Assembly: GCA_965232515.1 (NCBI GenBank) | Contig: CBDDPY010000002.1 | Span: forward strand, 5,248,001 to 5,312,000 | Length of the DNA stretch: 64,000 nucleotides | Source of the DNA: Alphaproteobacteria bacterium | Lineage (GTDB): Bacteria; Pseudomonadota; Alphaproteobacteria; GCA-2731375 | Direction of reading: 5' to 3' | Shown: piece by piece, positions 40,376 through 48,578 of the stretch | How positions within the stretch are numbered: the stretch's first letter is position 1 | How the letters are laid out: each line of letters starts with the position of its first letter | Notes under the pieces: generated by a model | The model's input: only the letters and a program-made list of their open reading frames with translations | What the model was told of the DNA's origin: nothing | Database searches by the model: none | Made by a program: the position numbers and the translations under genes

Positions 40376-41437
40376 TCAGGTTCCGCCGTAGGCTAATTGG
40401 AAGGCGTGCCAGGTTACTTCTGGACGCCCAAGAAGGTCGGGCTTCTGGCCCAGATCCTTCACAATCAGACCGTTCACTTCGGCAAGGTACCGTATTTCGT
40501 CGGCTGTGACGCTGTAGATGCCGCGTTCAAGCTGCGCCGGTCCATGCCGCAGGCTCACGTAAATCTTTCCAGCAGGCTTCAGAAGAGATGAAAGTACGGT
40601 CAGGGCCTTCGGTCGGTCCTCGGGATGCAGGTGCATCCAGACAGCACTGACGAGAATATAGTCATATTTTTGCTCGAAATTCAGGACTTTGTTCAGCTCA
40701 GGGAGTGCATCCTTTATCCATCGGATGCCTGATTTCGGATGCTGATTGCGCGCGAGAGCGAGCATCTTCTCGGAAGGCTCCACGGCAACGACATCTGCGC
40801 CGTGTAAAGCCATCCATGCTGCATCTCTCCCGGAGCCGGTGCCTACATCGAGCACATTCGGTTTCTTGTCTGCTGATTTGGTTATCTCGGCTGCGAGGTC
40901 GGGGTGAATATCCTCGAACTGGACGGACTCGTAGTTGTCAGCGAGGTCACGCGCGTAGGTGTCGTAATAGGCCAAAGATCGCAGGCTACGGTCTGTATCG
41001 GATGGTTTGGCCTCATTATTCACTAATAACGCTCCAAAGAGACCAAGGCTGATGGCAGCCGCTGCGCCGAGCAGGCATTGAAATACAGTTCTGACCAGCC
41101 TGGACCGGGTAAAGAAACCCGTCCCTTCGCCTGACACGTACCCTGCTGCGTTGTAGGCCTCGATCCAGTCGAGATACTTCTGCATGAGGTACCGAAGGCG
41201 GGTCAGCACAAGTATCAAGCCGATATTGCCCACCGCCGCGAGGAAGAGCAGTGCAAGCTTGAACAGAGCGAAATCGCCAACCTTGGTGACGCCGAACCAT
41301 AGGCCGCCGGTGAGGGTCATGGCAATCAGCGGGATTTGCCACATCAACTGGTTCAAAGACCTGAAGGTGATGCAATTCTGTTCGTATGCGACCTGCATCC
41401 GCTCGAATTCCATATCTTCAGGCGATTTGGTCATCAC
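40376..41437 (-). CDS. Three-TM membrane domain fused to a class I SAM-dependent methyltransferase
   Basis: Three hydrophobic helices in the first ~140 aa; VLDVGTGSGRDA, VAVEPS, YDYILVSAVWMHL. Confidence 0.8.
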   Translation of the reverse strand: MMTKSPEDMEFERMQVAYEQNCITFRSLNQLMWQIPLIAMTLTGGLWFGVTKVGDFALFKLALLFLAAVGNIGLILVLTRLRYLMQKYLDWIEAYNAAGYVSGEGTGFFTRSRLVRTVFQCLLGAAAAISLGLFGALLVNNEAKPSDTDRSLRSLAYYDTYARDLADNYESVQFEDIHPDLAAEITKSADKKPNVLDVGTGSGRDAAWMALHGADVVAVEPSEKMLALARNQHPKSGIRWIKDALPELNKVLNFEQKYDYILVSAVWMHLHPEDRPKALTVLSSLLKPAGKIYVSLRHGPAQLERGIYSVTADEIRYLAEVNGLIVKDLGQKPDLLGRPEVTWHAFQLAYGGT

Positions 41438-41592
41438 TCCACCGGATCAAAGATGTGCAGGAATGGCTGAATGTGGCGGCAGCATTGGGACTGACCATCA
41501 GGCTCCGATCGGCACCGGATCGGCTAGCTGTGTCATATCTGTGTCATGGATTTTACTCGGGCGTGGAAACTTCTCATAACCCTTTGAAATAA

Positions 41593-41637
41593 TGGCGACG
41601 ATGAGAAGATTCGAACTTCCGACCTACGCATTACGAA
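41593..41637 (-). pseudogene. 3' fragment of tRNA-Thr(CGT) (att remnant)
   Basis: Minus strand reads TTCGTAATGCGTAGGTCGGAAGTTCGAATCTTCTCATCGTCGCCA: anticodon loop, T arm and CCA; ~200 bp from an integrase. Confidence 0.72.
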
Positions 41638-41837
41638 CGTTGTCCGGCTGATTTTCAATAATTAAATAAATCAACAAGTTAAAAGTTCCTGACGCACTGC
41701 TCTAATAAGCAATATTGTATACTTTGAAGCATTTTTGGATTTTACTGTATCATAACTGTGTCACGGGTTATATTCAGAATGCCGCACGAACAAAAACATA
41801 TAAGACGATGAATACAAAATAAACGAAGATTTGACGC

Positions 41838-43160
41838 ATGGCAAATATTAGAAAGCACGTTGGGAAGAACGGAGAGGTTAGTTACAAGGTTCAGATTCGC
41901 ATGGCCGGTACCAAGCCGAGATATGCGAGTTTCAGGAGGCTGTCGGACGCAAAAGAATGGGCGCGGGAGGAAGAGACGAAGCTCCAGCGTCGTCGTGGCG
42001 GGTTGCAGCCGCAGGACCGCCATACGCTTGCCGAAGCCATCGATAAGTTCATTGCAGAGGAGATGGCGCGGCGGCCGGAGCGCGACCAGTACTGGTTCAA
42101 GTGCGGCCTTGCATGGTGGCGCAGGGAGCTTGGCCCGATGCAGTTGCGCTCGATTACACCGGCTGACCTCGAGCGCGGGCGGGATATGTTGGCGCGAGAG
42201 CCGAAGATCAAGCCAAACGGAAAGCCGTATGACGATCTGCGTCCGCGGGCACCTGCGACGGTAAAGCGCTACATGGCCATGCTGTCGATCGTGTTTACGA
42301 CGGCGGTGAAGAAGTGGGATGGCTGGCTCGAAGACAATCCGATGGCGCGCGCGGAGAAGCCGAAGCTTGAAAACGAGCGGTGTCGCTGCCTGTCTGGCTA
42401 TCTCTATCATTTTCCCGGTGATAACGAGCCCCGGCATTGGGACGATCTAACAACGGAGGAGAAGAGACGGGTTCCGCACGATGCATACGAGCTACCGCGC
42501 CTGCTGGAGGCGTGCCGCAAGCAGGTCGTGGAGGCTTCCAGGAAAGATGCGGCCCAGGCGTACCGGGCCTTCGGCTATCACCCGGAATGGCTTTACAGCC
42601 TGATCGTTCTGCGGGTTTCCACGGGGCTGCGATCAGGAGAGGCTGAGGGCCTTCGGTGGTCGAACGTGGACCTTTTTCTGTCAAGCAATCAGGGCCGGGC
42701 GACGATCGGTAAGACCAAGAACGGTGATCCCATTACGGTGCCGCTGGTGGGCGAAGCGTTGCGCGTGCTGCGTGAGATGCACCAGACGCGCCGCCTTGAT
42801 TGTAACTGGATCTTCCCGAGGAAGGACCGGCAGAAGCCCATCGACTTCCGCAAGCGCTTTGCGCGGGCAATCGCGGACGCGGGCATAGAGGACTTTCGCC
42901 CGCACGATCTGCGCCATACGGCTGGTTCCTACTTTGCGATGGCGGGCGGCTCGCTGCCGGAGATCATGGCGGCGCTCAACCATAAGACTCCGCAGGTGAC
43001 GAAGCGCTATATGCACTTTGCCCAGGCGCATACGGCGGGGCTGGTGTCGCTGATGAACGAGGCGGTGTTTGGCGGACGTGGATCGGTCAGCCGATTTGAG
43101 CAGACAGCCGCCAATGACAATGACAGTGATGACGAAGAGCCGGCTCGCTCTTCTGCCTGA
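41838..43160 (+). CDS. Tyrosine recombinase/integrase
   Basis: N-terminal arm-binding MANIRKH...YKVQIR; TGLRSGE, KTKNG, HDLRH, LNHK, KRY. Confidence 0.92.
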   Translation: MANIRKHVGKNGEVSYKVQIRMAGTKPRYASFRRLSDAKEWAREEETKLQRRRGGLQPQDRHTLAEAIDKFIAEEMARRPERDQYWFKCGLAWWRRELGPMQLRSITPADLERGRDMLAREPKIKPNGKPYDDLRPRAPATVKRYMAMLSIVFTTAVKKWDGWLEDNPMARAEKPKLENERCRCLSGYLYHFPGDNEPRHWDDLTTEEKRRVPHDAYELPRLLEACRKQVVEASRKDAAQAYRAFGYHPEWLYSLIVLRVSTGLRSGEAEGLRWSNVDLFLSSNQGRATIGKTKNGDPITVPLVGEALRVLREMHQTRRLDCNWIFPRKDRQKPIDFRKRFARAIADAGIEDFRPHDLRHTAGSYFAMAGGSLPEIMAALNHKTPQVTKRYMHFAQAHTAGLVSLMNEAVFGGRGSVSRFEQTAANDNDSDDEEPARSSA

Positions 43161-43226
43161 AGGTTGGCTTTTGCGCATTAGGTTTCCCGGCAGACATATT
43201 GAGCGGTGCCGGGCAAATCTTGGTCA

Positions 43227-43324
43227 TATACGCAAAAGCGCATAAACCATCCTTATACGGCTAAGCGCATAAAATTTCTCAATACGCATTAGCGTATATT
43301 GACATACATACTAAATACCGTATA
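43227..43324. promoter_or_regulatory. Array of HipB-type operators
   Basis: TATACG-N6-CG(C/T)ATA-like palindromes at 43227, 43254, 43281 (27-bp period) and a weaker one at 43307. Confidence 0.7.
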
Positions 43325-43349
43325 TTTTGAATTTAGGAGGAAGCCAAAC

Positions 43350-43601
43350 TTGGAACAGATTGCACGAAACCCGAAGCAGCTTGGCGCGGCGCTACGTCGG
43401 CGACGCAAGTCCCTTGGCCTGATGCAGGCCGGTCTCGGGGAGAAGACGAGCCATCGACAGGCCACGATCTCCGGTCTCGAGACTGGGGAGGCGCATGCGC
43501 GCCTTACGACCCTGTTTGATGTGTTGAGAGAGCTGGAGCTGGAGTTGGTGCTGCGGCCGCGGACGAAGGCGTCTTCAGACGATATCGAGGAACTGTTTTA
43601 A
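43350..43601 (+). CDS. hipB: HipB-like XRE antitoxin
   Basis: TTG start after AGGAGG; QLGAALRRRRK..GL.Q......RQATISGLETG HTH; overlaps hipA start. Confidence 0.85.
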   Translation: MEQIARNPKQLGAALRRRRKSLGLMQAGLGEKTSHRQATISGLETGEAHARLTTLFDVLRELELELVLRPRTKASSDDIEELF

Positions 43602-44941
43602 TGCCGCGTCGGCGGACCCGCATACCTCTGAGCGTCCATTTGAACGGCCGACTGGTCGGTGTGCTCAGGCGGCAAACGAGTGGCGCGATCGATTTTCAGT
43701 ATGACGCCGAGTGGCTGGGGTGGCCGCATGCCATCCCTGTTTCGCTGTCTCTGCCGCTGCGTGAGGATCGGTATATTGGCGACCCGGTTATTGCGGTGTT
43801 CGAGAACCTGCTGCCGGACAATGACGCGATCCGCCGCAGCCTGGCTGAACGGGTCGGCGCCGAGGGAACGGACGCCTATAGTCTGCTGAGCGCCATTGGA
43901 CGTGATTGTGTGGGTGCGCTTCAGTTTGTCCCGGAAGGACATGATCCCGGCCCGGTCGGTGAGATTGCCGGCACGCCGGTGGGGGATGACGATATCTCCG
44001 CGATCCTCGCGGATTTGCAGCGCACACCTTTGGGCGTGGTCCCTGAGAGGGACTTCCGTATCTCCATTGCGGGTGCGCAGGAAAAGACGGCGCTGCTTCA
44101 TCTCAATGGGCAGTGGCACATTCCGGTCGGCGCGACGGCGACGACGCACATACTTAAGCCGGAGATCGGCAGGCTGCGAAACGGGCTCGACCTTTCGCTG
44201 AGCGTTGAGAACGAGCATTTGTGCATGCAGCTTGCGGCGGCATTTGGCTTGCCGTGCGCTGCCACCGAGATGGCGCAGTTTGCCGGGCGCAAGGCGCTTG
44301 TGGTCGAGCGGTTTGATCGCCGGTGGACAGGTGATGACCGCCTGTTGCGACTGCCGCAGGAAGATTGCTGCCAGGCACTCTCGGTGCCGCCGGGGCTGAA
44401 GTACGAGCCGGATGACGGACCGGGCATGAGACAGATTCTCGACCTGCTGGCGGCATCCGACGACCCGGCTGGGGACCGGATCGCCTTTGTGAAGGCGCAG
44501 ATCGTCTTCTGGCTCTTGGGTGCTACGGACGGGCACGCCAAGAACTTCAGCATTCATCTGTTTCCGGGAGGGCGCTTCAGGCTGACGCCGTTGTACGACG
44601 TCATGTCTGCGCAGCCGAATGTCGATGCCGGCCAGATACGCTGGAACGAGATGAAGATGGCGATGGCTGTCGGCACGAACCGTCACTACGTGTTTCGCAC
44701 GATCCTGCCGCGACACTTTGCTCAAACGGCCGAGGCAGTTGGCCTTGGGGCTGATGCGGTGGACGGCATATTCGATGAGCTGAGAGAAACGGTCCCCGAC
44801 GCAATCGAAAGGACGTTGGTCGCGCTGCCACCTGACTTCCCGGCAGAACTGGCAGACAGCATCTGCGTGGGCGTGCGCACGCGGCTAAACCTGTGCACTG
44901 CTGAGGCGGAGAATGCGGCACCGGCGGCAAGGGACGCCTGA
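43601..44941 (+). CDS. hipA: HipA family kinase toxin
   Basis: SLSLPL, FENLLPD, ISIAGAQEK, ERFDR, QEDCCQAL, ATDGHAKNFS, LTPLYD. Confidence 0.93.
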   Translation: MPRRRTRIPLSVHLNGRLVGVLRRQTSGAIDFQYDAEWLGWPHAIPVSLSLPLREDRYIGDPVIAVFENLLPDNDAIRRSLAERVGAEGTDAYSLLSAIGRDCVGALQFVPEGHDPGPVGEIAGTPVGDDDISAILADLQRTPLGVVPERDFRISIAGAQEKTALLHLNGQWHIPVGATATTHILKPEIGRLRNGLDLSLSVENEHLCMQLAAAFGLPCAATEMAQFAGRKALVVERFDRRWTGDDRLLRLPQEDCCQALSVPPGLKYEPDDGPGMRQILDLLAASDDPAGDRIAFVKAQIVFWLLGATDGHAKNFSIHLFPGGRFRLTPLYDVMSAQPNVDAGQIRWNEMKMAMAVGTNRHYVFRTILPRHFAQTAEAVGLGADAVDGIFDELRETVPDAIERTLVALPPDFPAELADSICVGVRTRLNLCTAEAENAAPAARDA

Positions 44942-45066
44942 TTGCCCAGGGTGAATGATGTCGCTGGTTTCGCTTTCGGTAAGGAGGCTGCATCAGTATA
45001 CACGCGGAGATCAGCGGTTCTAATCTCCGCAAATTTCGTGAGCAAAGCCTGACTGGTTGCTGAAAC

Positions 45067-45093
45067 AAAAAAAAGCCGTCCATGAGGACGGCT
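45067..45093 (-). terminator. Intrinsic terminator for the two minus-strand genes
   Basis: AGCCGTCC-ATGA-GGACGGCT stem with an A-run on the left (U-run on minus strand). Confidence 0.75.
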
Positions 45094-45102
45094 GAACGTT
45101 CA

Positions 45103-45339
45103 TCAGCGTTGGGCATTGCCCAGTGTGGTCATGGCCAGGGCGGCGCATCCCTCGGGATCGCCGCAGCGGCCCTGGGCGATGTAGCCCATCAGGGTCGAAA
45201 GGAAGTAGTGGTGCTCCATCAACGCATCGCTGTCGCGGAGACCACCTTGCTTTTCAACGTAGTCATTGAGCTTATTCGGCTCATTCCTGACCCAGGCTCT
45301 GTCGATCTTCGGCTCAGTGTACTGAATGTCAAACGGCAT
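45103..45339 (-). CDS. Small hypothetical protein (78 aa)
   Basis: ATG at 45339 after GGAGA RBS; ends just before the terminator. Confidence 0.6.
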   Translation of the reverse strand: MPFDIQYTEPKIDRAWVRNEPNKLNDYVEKQGGLRDSDALMEHHYFLSTLMGYIAQGRCGDPEGCAALAMTTLGNAQR

Positions 45340-45400
45340 ATTCTTTCTCCGTGGAAAGTATACATGCCGTTTTGTATCACAAATATTGATAAATATCAAA

Positions 45401-46087
45401 TTATCGTTGAATATACTCCAATATTTCTTTGTCTAAATCAGTTAATATCATTTGGCAATCAAGTATTTGTCGGGTTCTTGTTTCTAATGGCTCTATGGGT
45501 GATGCGAGGTGGTCGAGGACAAAGGTCTCATCCAGAACGACCACGGCGTTCTGCGACGTATCAAAGCCGATTGCCAAGCCGAGCGGGTTGGCGTGGCGAA
45601 CATCTTCGGGGAAGATGATTTGCGTTTGCTCCTGCGCGCCCGCCTCCCAGCGGTGAAACCTTGCCGACCTGTCGATTCTTTCTTGTATGTACGTGTCAAC
45701 ATACTCGTCAAGATGCGCGAGCCTGTTGCGCGCTGTCCGGTCGGCAAACCTCTCCACCGCGAAATCGATGTCCAGGGCGAACTTCAGGAGGGCCGCGCGA
45801 AATTTGCCGAAATCGCCGGCCCTGCGCTGCGGGAAGAGAGTTGTCGAGATCTGGGCGAAGTTTTGCAGAAAGGCATAAAGGGCGTCGAAAAAATCATGCC
45901 GCCGCTCAAAGCCCTCGGAGATATGAAGATTGATATGGTCGATATTCTTCCGGGCGAGCTGAGCCTGTCGATGTAGCTCAAAGATATGGACGATCATCCC
46001 CTGTGAATACAGGCGATGAATACGTGACGAGTCGCGCGGTACAAACTGAGGGTACGAGTCTAGTATCGTGCGCAGTCTATCGTTCAC
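45401..46087 (-). CDS. Hypothetical protein, possible HEPN domain
   Basis: Helical protein with RNRLAH (R-X4-H) followed by LDE. Confidence 0.55.
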   Translation of the reverse strand: MNDRLRTILDSYPQFVPRDSSRIHRLYSQGMIVHIFELHRQAQLARKNIDHINLHISEGFERRHDFFDALYAFLQNFAQISTTLFPQRRAGDFGKFRAALLKFALDIDFAVERFADRTARNRLAHLDEYVDTYIQERIDRSARFHRWEAGAQEQTQIIFPEDVRHANPLGLAIGFDTSQNAVVVLDETFVLDHLASPIEPLETRTRQILDCQMILTDLDKEILEYIQR

Positions 46088-46444
46088 ACTAACGCCTCAA
46101 AAAAAGTCGAAACCCGCCCAAGGCGACTGACGATGTGAGCCTGCGTCAAGCCCTTTCGCGGGGAACCGCCTGCACAAGTCCGGCTGGGCCGGACGCGGAA
46201 GGCGGGCGGAAAGGGCTTGACGCCTCTTCTGACAAGCACCCTCCCAAACGGGGTGCGGCCTGCCTGCACCCCTGCCCAGCGGCGAGCGCCAACGCTTTAA
46301 GGAACCAGCGCGCCCGCGGTGATCCTTAGAGCGTTACCTAAAAAGGACTGCGGGCGCAGGCCGATTGTAAGACGAATAACACCCCGACGTCTAATGCTTC
46401 TCTCCATAAATATTCAGAGCGTTACTGAATAAGGGGACAAAGCC

Positions 46445-46900
46445 ATGACAAATACCGCTTCCATTGACTACAGATACTTGCAAATCGTTGACCAGATCAT
46501 CGAGCGTGCACCGGCACTCACACGCGGCGGCATGCGCTACTGGATCTTCCGGGCGAGGAAGAATGGGCTTGAGAAGGCCCTCGTGAAGATCGACCGCAAC
46601 GTCTTCATCGACACCCGTGCCTTCAACAAATGGCTCGCCGAAGGCAAGGCCACACCGTGCGACTACCGAAACCTGCGCACCATCAAGCAGATTCTCCAGA
46701 CGTCACACTTCAAGGAGAGCAAGCTGCGCTACTGGCTCCAGCACGCTCACGAAAACGGTCTTGAAGAAGCGATCATTCGCAAGAACCCGAAGAAGCTGCT
46801 GATCGACATTGTCGCCTTCAACGACTGGCTGTTTCAGCAGAACACCAACGCACACTACACAACAGCCAACGGCGAACCACGACCCGCCAGCGCCGGCTAA
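46445..46900 (+). CDS. Tandem-duplicated excisionase/AlpA-like DNA-binding protein
   Basis: Two internal repeats: (M/L)RYW(I/L)..A..NGLE.A(L/I)...ID..AFN.WL. Confidence 0.65.
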   Translation: MTNTASIDYRYLQIVDQIIERAPALTRGGMRYWIFRARKNGLEKALVKIDRNVFIDTRAFNKWLAEGKATPCDYRNLRTIKQILQTSHFKESKLRYWLQHAHENGLEEAIIRKNPKKLLIDIVAFNDWLFQQNTNAHYTTANGEPRPASAG

Positions 46901-47003
46901 TTTGTCTCAATTCGAGACATAAGTACATGTAATGTAAGATATTTTTGGCAACGCACCATTTCGCCGACATCCATAAATCCCTGGAGCGTTACCTAAAAGG
47001 GAT

Positions 47004-48533
47004 ATGGATATGTTTTGGTTTAAAGTCGGCGGCTTTACCGCCCCATTACTCGCCTGGTTCTATTTTGCGTATGACAGCAACCTACCTCTTCCGGCCGATG
47101 TAGCACTTCTGGTCTCGGCGGTCGGCTTCATGCTCGGCGGCCTCGCCACGAGCATCTTTCATGAGCTGGAGCGCTGGTACGAGCAGCTGAGCAACGTCCA
47201 CGGCTCGGCCGCATTCGCCACAGCCACACAAATGTGGCGCTTCGGCCTCTTCAAGAGTAGGGGCGTCACCCTCGGCCACTTCACCGGCAGGCCCATCTAC
47301 TTCGACAAGCCCGGCCACTTGCTCACCATTGCCCCGACAAGATCTGGCAAGGGTACCTGCGCCGTCATCCCCAATCTTCTCGAATACCCCGGTTCCACCA
47401 TTACGGTGGACATCAAGGGCGAGAACCACGCCATCTCGGGCAGGCGCCGTGCCAATTTCGGCAAGATCTACCGCTTCGCGCCGTTTGAGACCTACAGCGA
47501 GCGGTTTAACCCGCTGGACATTATCTGCAGGGACGAAGACGCCTGGGATGACGCGGCCCTGATCGCAGATATGCTGATCGTCCCATCCGGCTCGGCAAAG
47601 TCAGTTTTCTTTGAAGCCGAAGCCAAGGCCCTGCTCACCGGTGTCATTCTCTATGTGGCAACGGAGATGCCGTACAAGCACTGCAATCTTTGCCATGTGC
47701 GCCACCTCATCACACTGGGCGGGGATGCCTTCGATGCCTTCCTCGCCAAAATGAGCAAGGCCGACCATCCCCTTGTCCGCCGCACGGCCATCGCGTTTGC
47801 CCAGAAGGAGCCGAAGCTGCAATCGAGCATAATGGCGGAAGCCCAAAGCCATACGCTGATCTTCGACAGCGAGCGGGTTGCCCGCCTCACCAGCTGCTCG
47901 GACTTCACGCTCAACGAACTGAAACAAAAGCCGACATCATTGTTCCTGATCATCCCGCCGGAGCACCTGAGCGTCTACCGTCCGCTGCTGAGGCTGATGC
48001 TGGGCCTGTCGGTCAATGCTATGACCCGCACAAAGGTCCGACCGGATGACGACGTTCTGTTCCTCGTGGACGAGTTTCCGGCCCTTGGGCCTATGACCCC
48101 GCTACAGGAAGGCCTGGCCTACCTTGCCGGCTACGGCGTGAAGATTTGGCTGTTTGCTCAGGACCTCGGCCAGATCGATACGGTCTACGGCCGCAGCGCC
48201 GCCCGTTCCATCGTCGCCAACACCAACCTCCAGACCTTCAGCAACATGGATAATGAGACGCTGGAGATGATCTCGAGCATGCTGGGTAAAGCAACGGTTC
48301 GCACCCACCACAAGAGCAAGACGCGGCACTCGTTCATGCTGCCCGACTACGACAACTTCAACGTCTCCGACGGTGAAACCGGCCGCCCGCTGCTCACCCC
48401 CGATGAAATCCGCTGCCTTGGCAACGACCGCCAGCTCCTGTTCATCCAGGGCCTGCGTCCGATCCTCGCCGGCAAGCGCCCGTACTACACCCAGCGCCGT
48501 CACCGCACGCTGTGGGACAAGTGGCTCGGCTGA
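47004..48533 (+). CDS. virD4: Type IV coupling protein VirD4/TraG
   Basis: N-terminal TMs, HGSAAFA, Walker A APTRSGKG, DIKGEN, FNPLD, LVDEFPALG, GRPLLTPDEI. Confidence 0.9.
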   Translation: MDMFWFKVGGFTAPLLAWFYFAYDSNLPLPADVALLVSAVGFMLGGLATSIFHELERWYEQLSNVHGSAAFATATQMWRFGLFKSRGVTLGHFTGRPIYFDKPGHLLTIAPTRSGKGTCAVIPNLLEYPGSTITVDIKGENHAISGRRRANFGKIYRFAPFETYSERFNPLDIICRDEDAWDDAALIADMLIVPSGSAKSVFFEAEAKALLTGVILYVATEMPYKHCNLCHVRHLITLGGDAFDAFLAKMSKADHPLVRRTAIAFAQKEPKLQSSIMAEAQSHTLIFDSERVARLTSCSDFTLNELKQKPTSLFLIIPPEHLSVYRPLLRLMLGLSVNAMTRTKVRPDDDVLFLVDEFPALGPMTPLQEGLAYLAGYGVKIWLFAQDLGQIDTVYGRSAARSIVANTNLQTFSNMDNETLEMISSMLGKATVRTHHKSKTRHSFMLPDYDNFNVSDGETGRPLLTPDEIRCLGNDRQLLFIQGLRPILAGKRPYYTQRRHRTLWDKWLG

Positions 48534-48578
48534 AGGGGTGTCAGGAAGACGCCGATAAAACTTTCGTGCCCGCCCATA

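Larger units (their letters stand above)
33855..41592. mobile_element. Genomic island 1 (integrase, tRNA-Leu, dnd module, TM-methyltransferase); right boundary uncertain
   Basis: Starts at the broken tRNA; integrase is the first gene; visibly less GC-biased codons than the core genes. Confidence 0.65.

Noticed and set aside
43227-43324. Periodic repeats as a mini CRISPR array
   Set aside because: Units are 18 bp with 9-bp spacers, there are no cas genes, and the position fits HipB operators.
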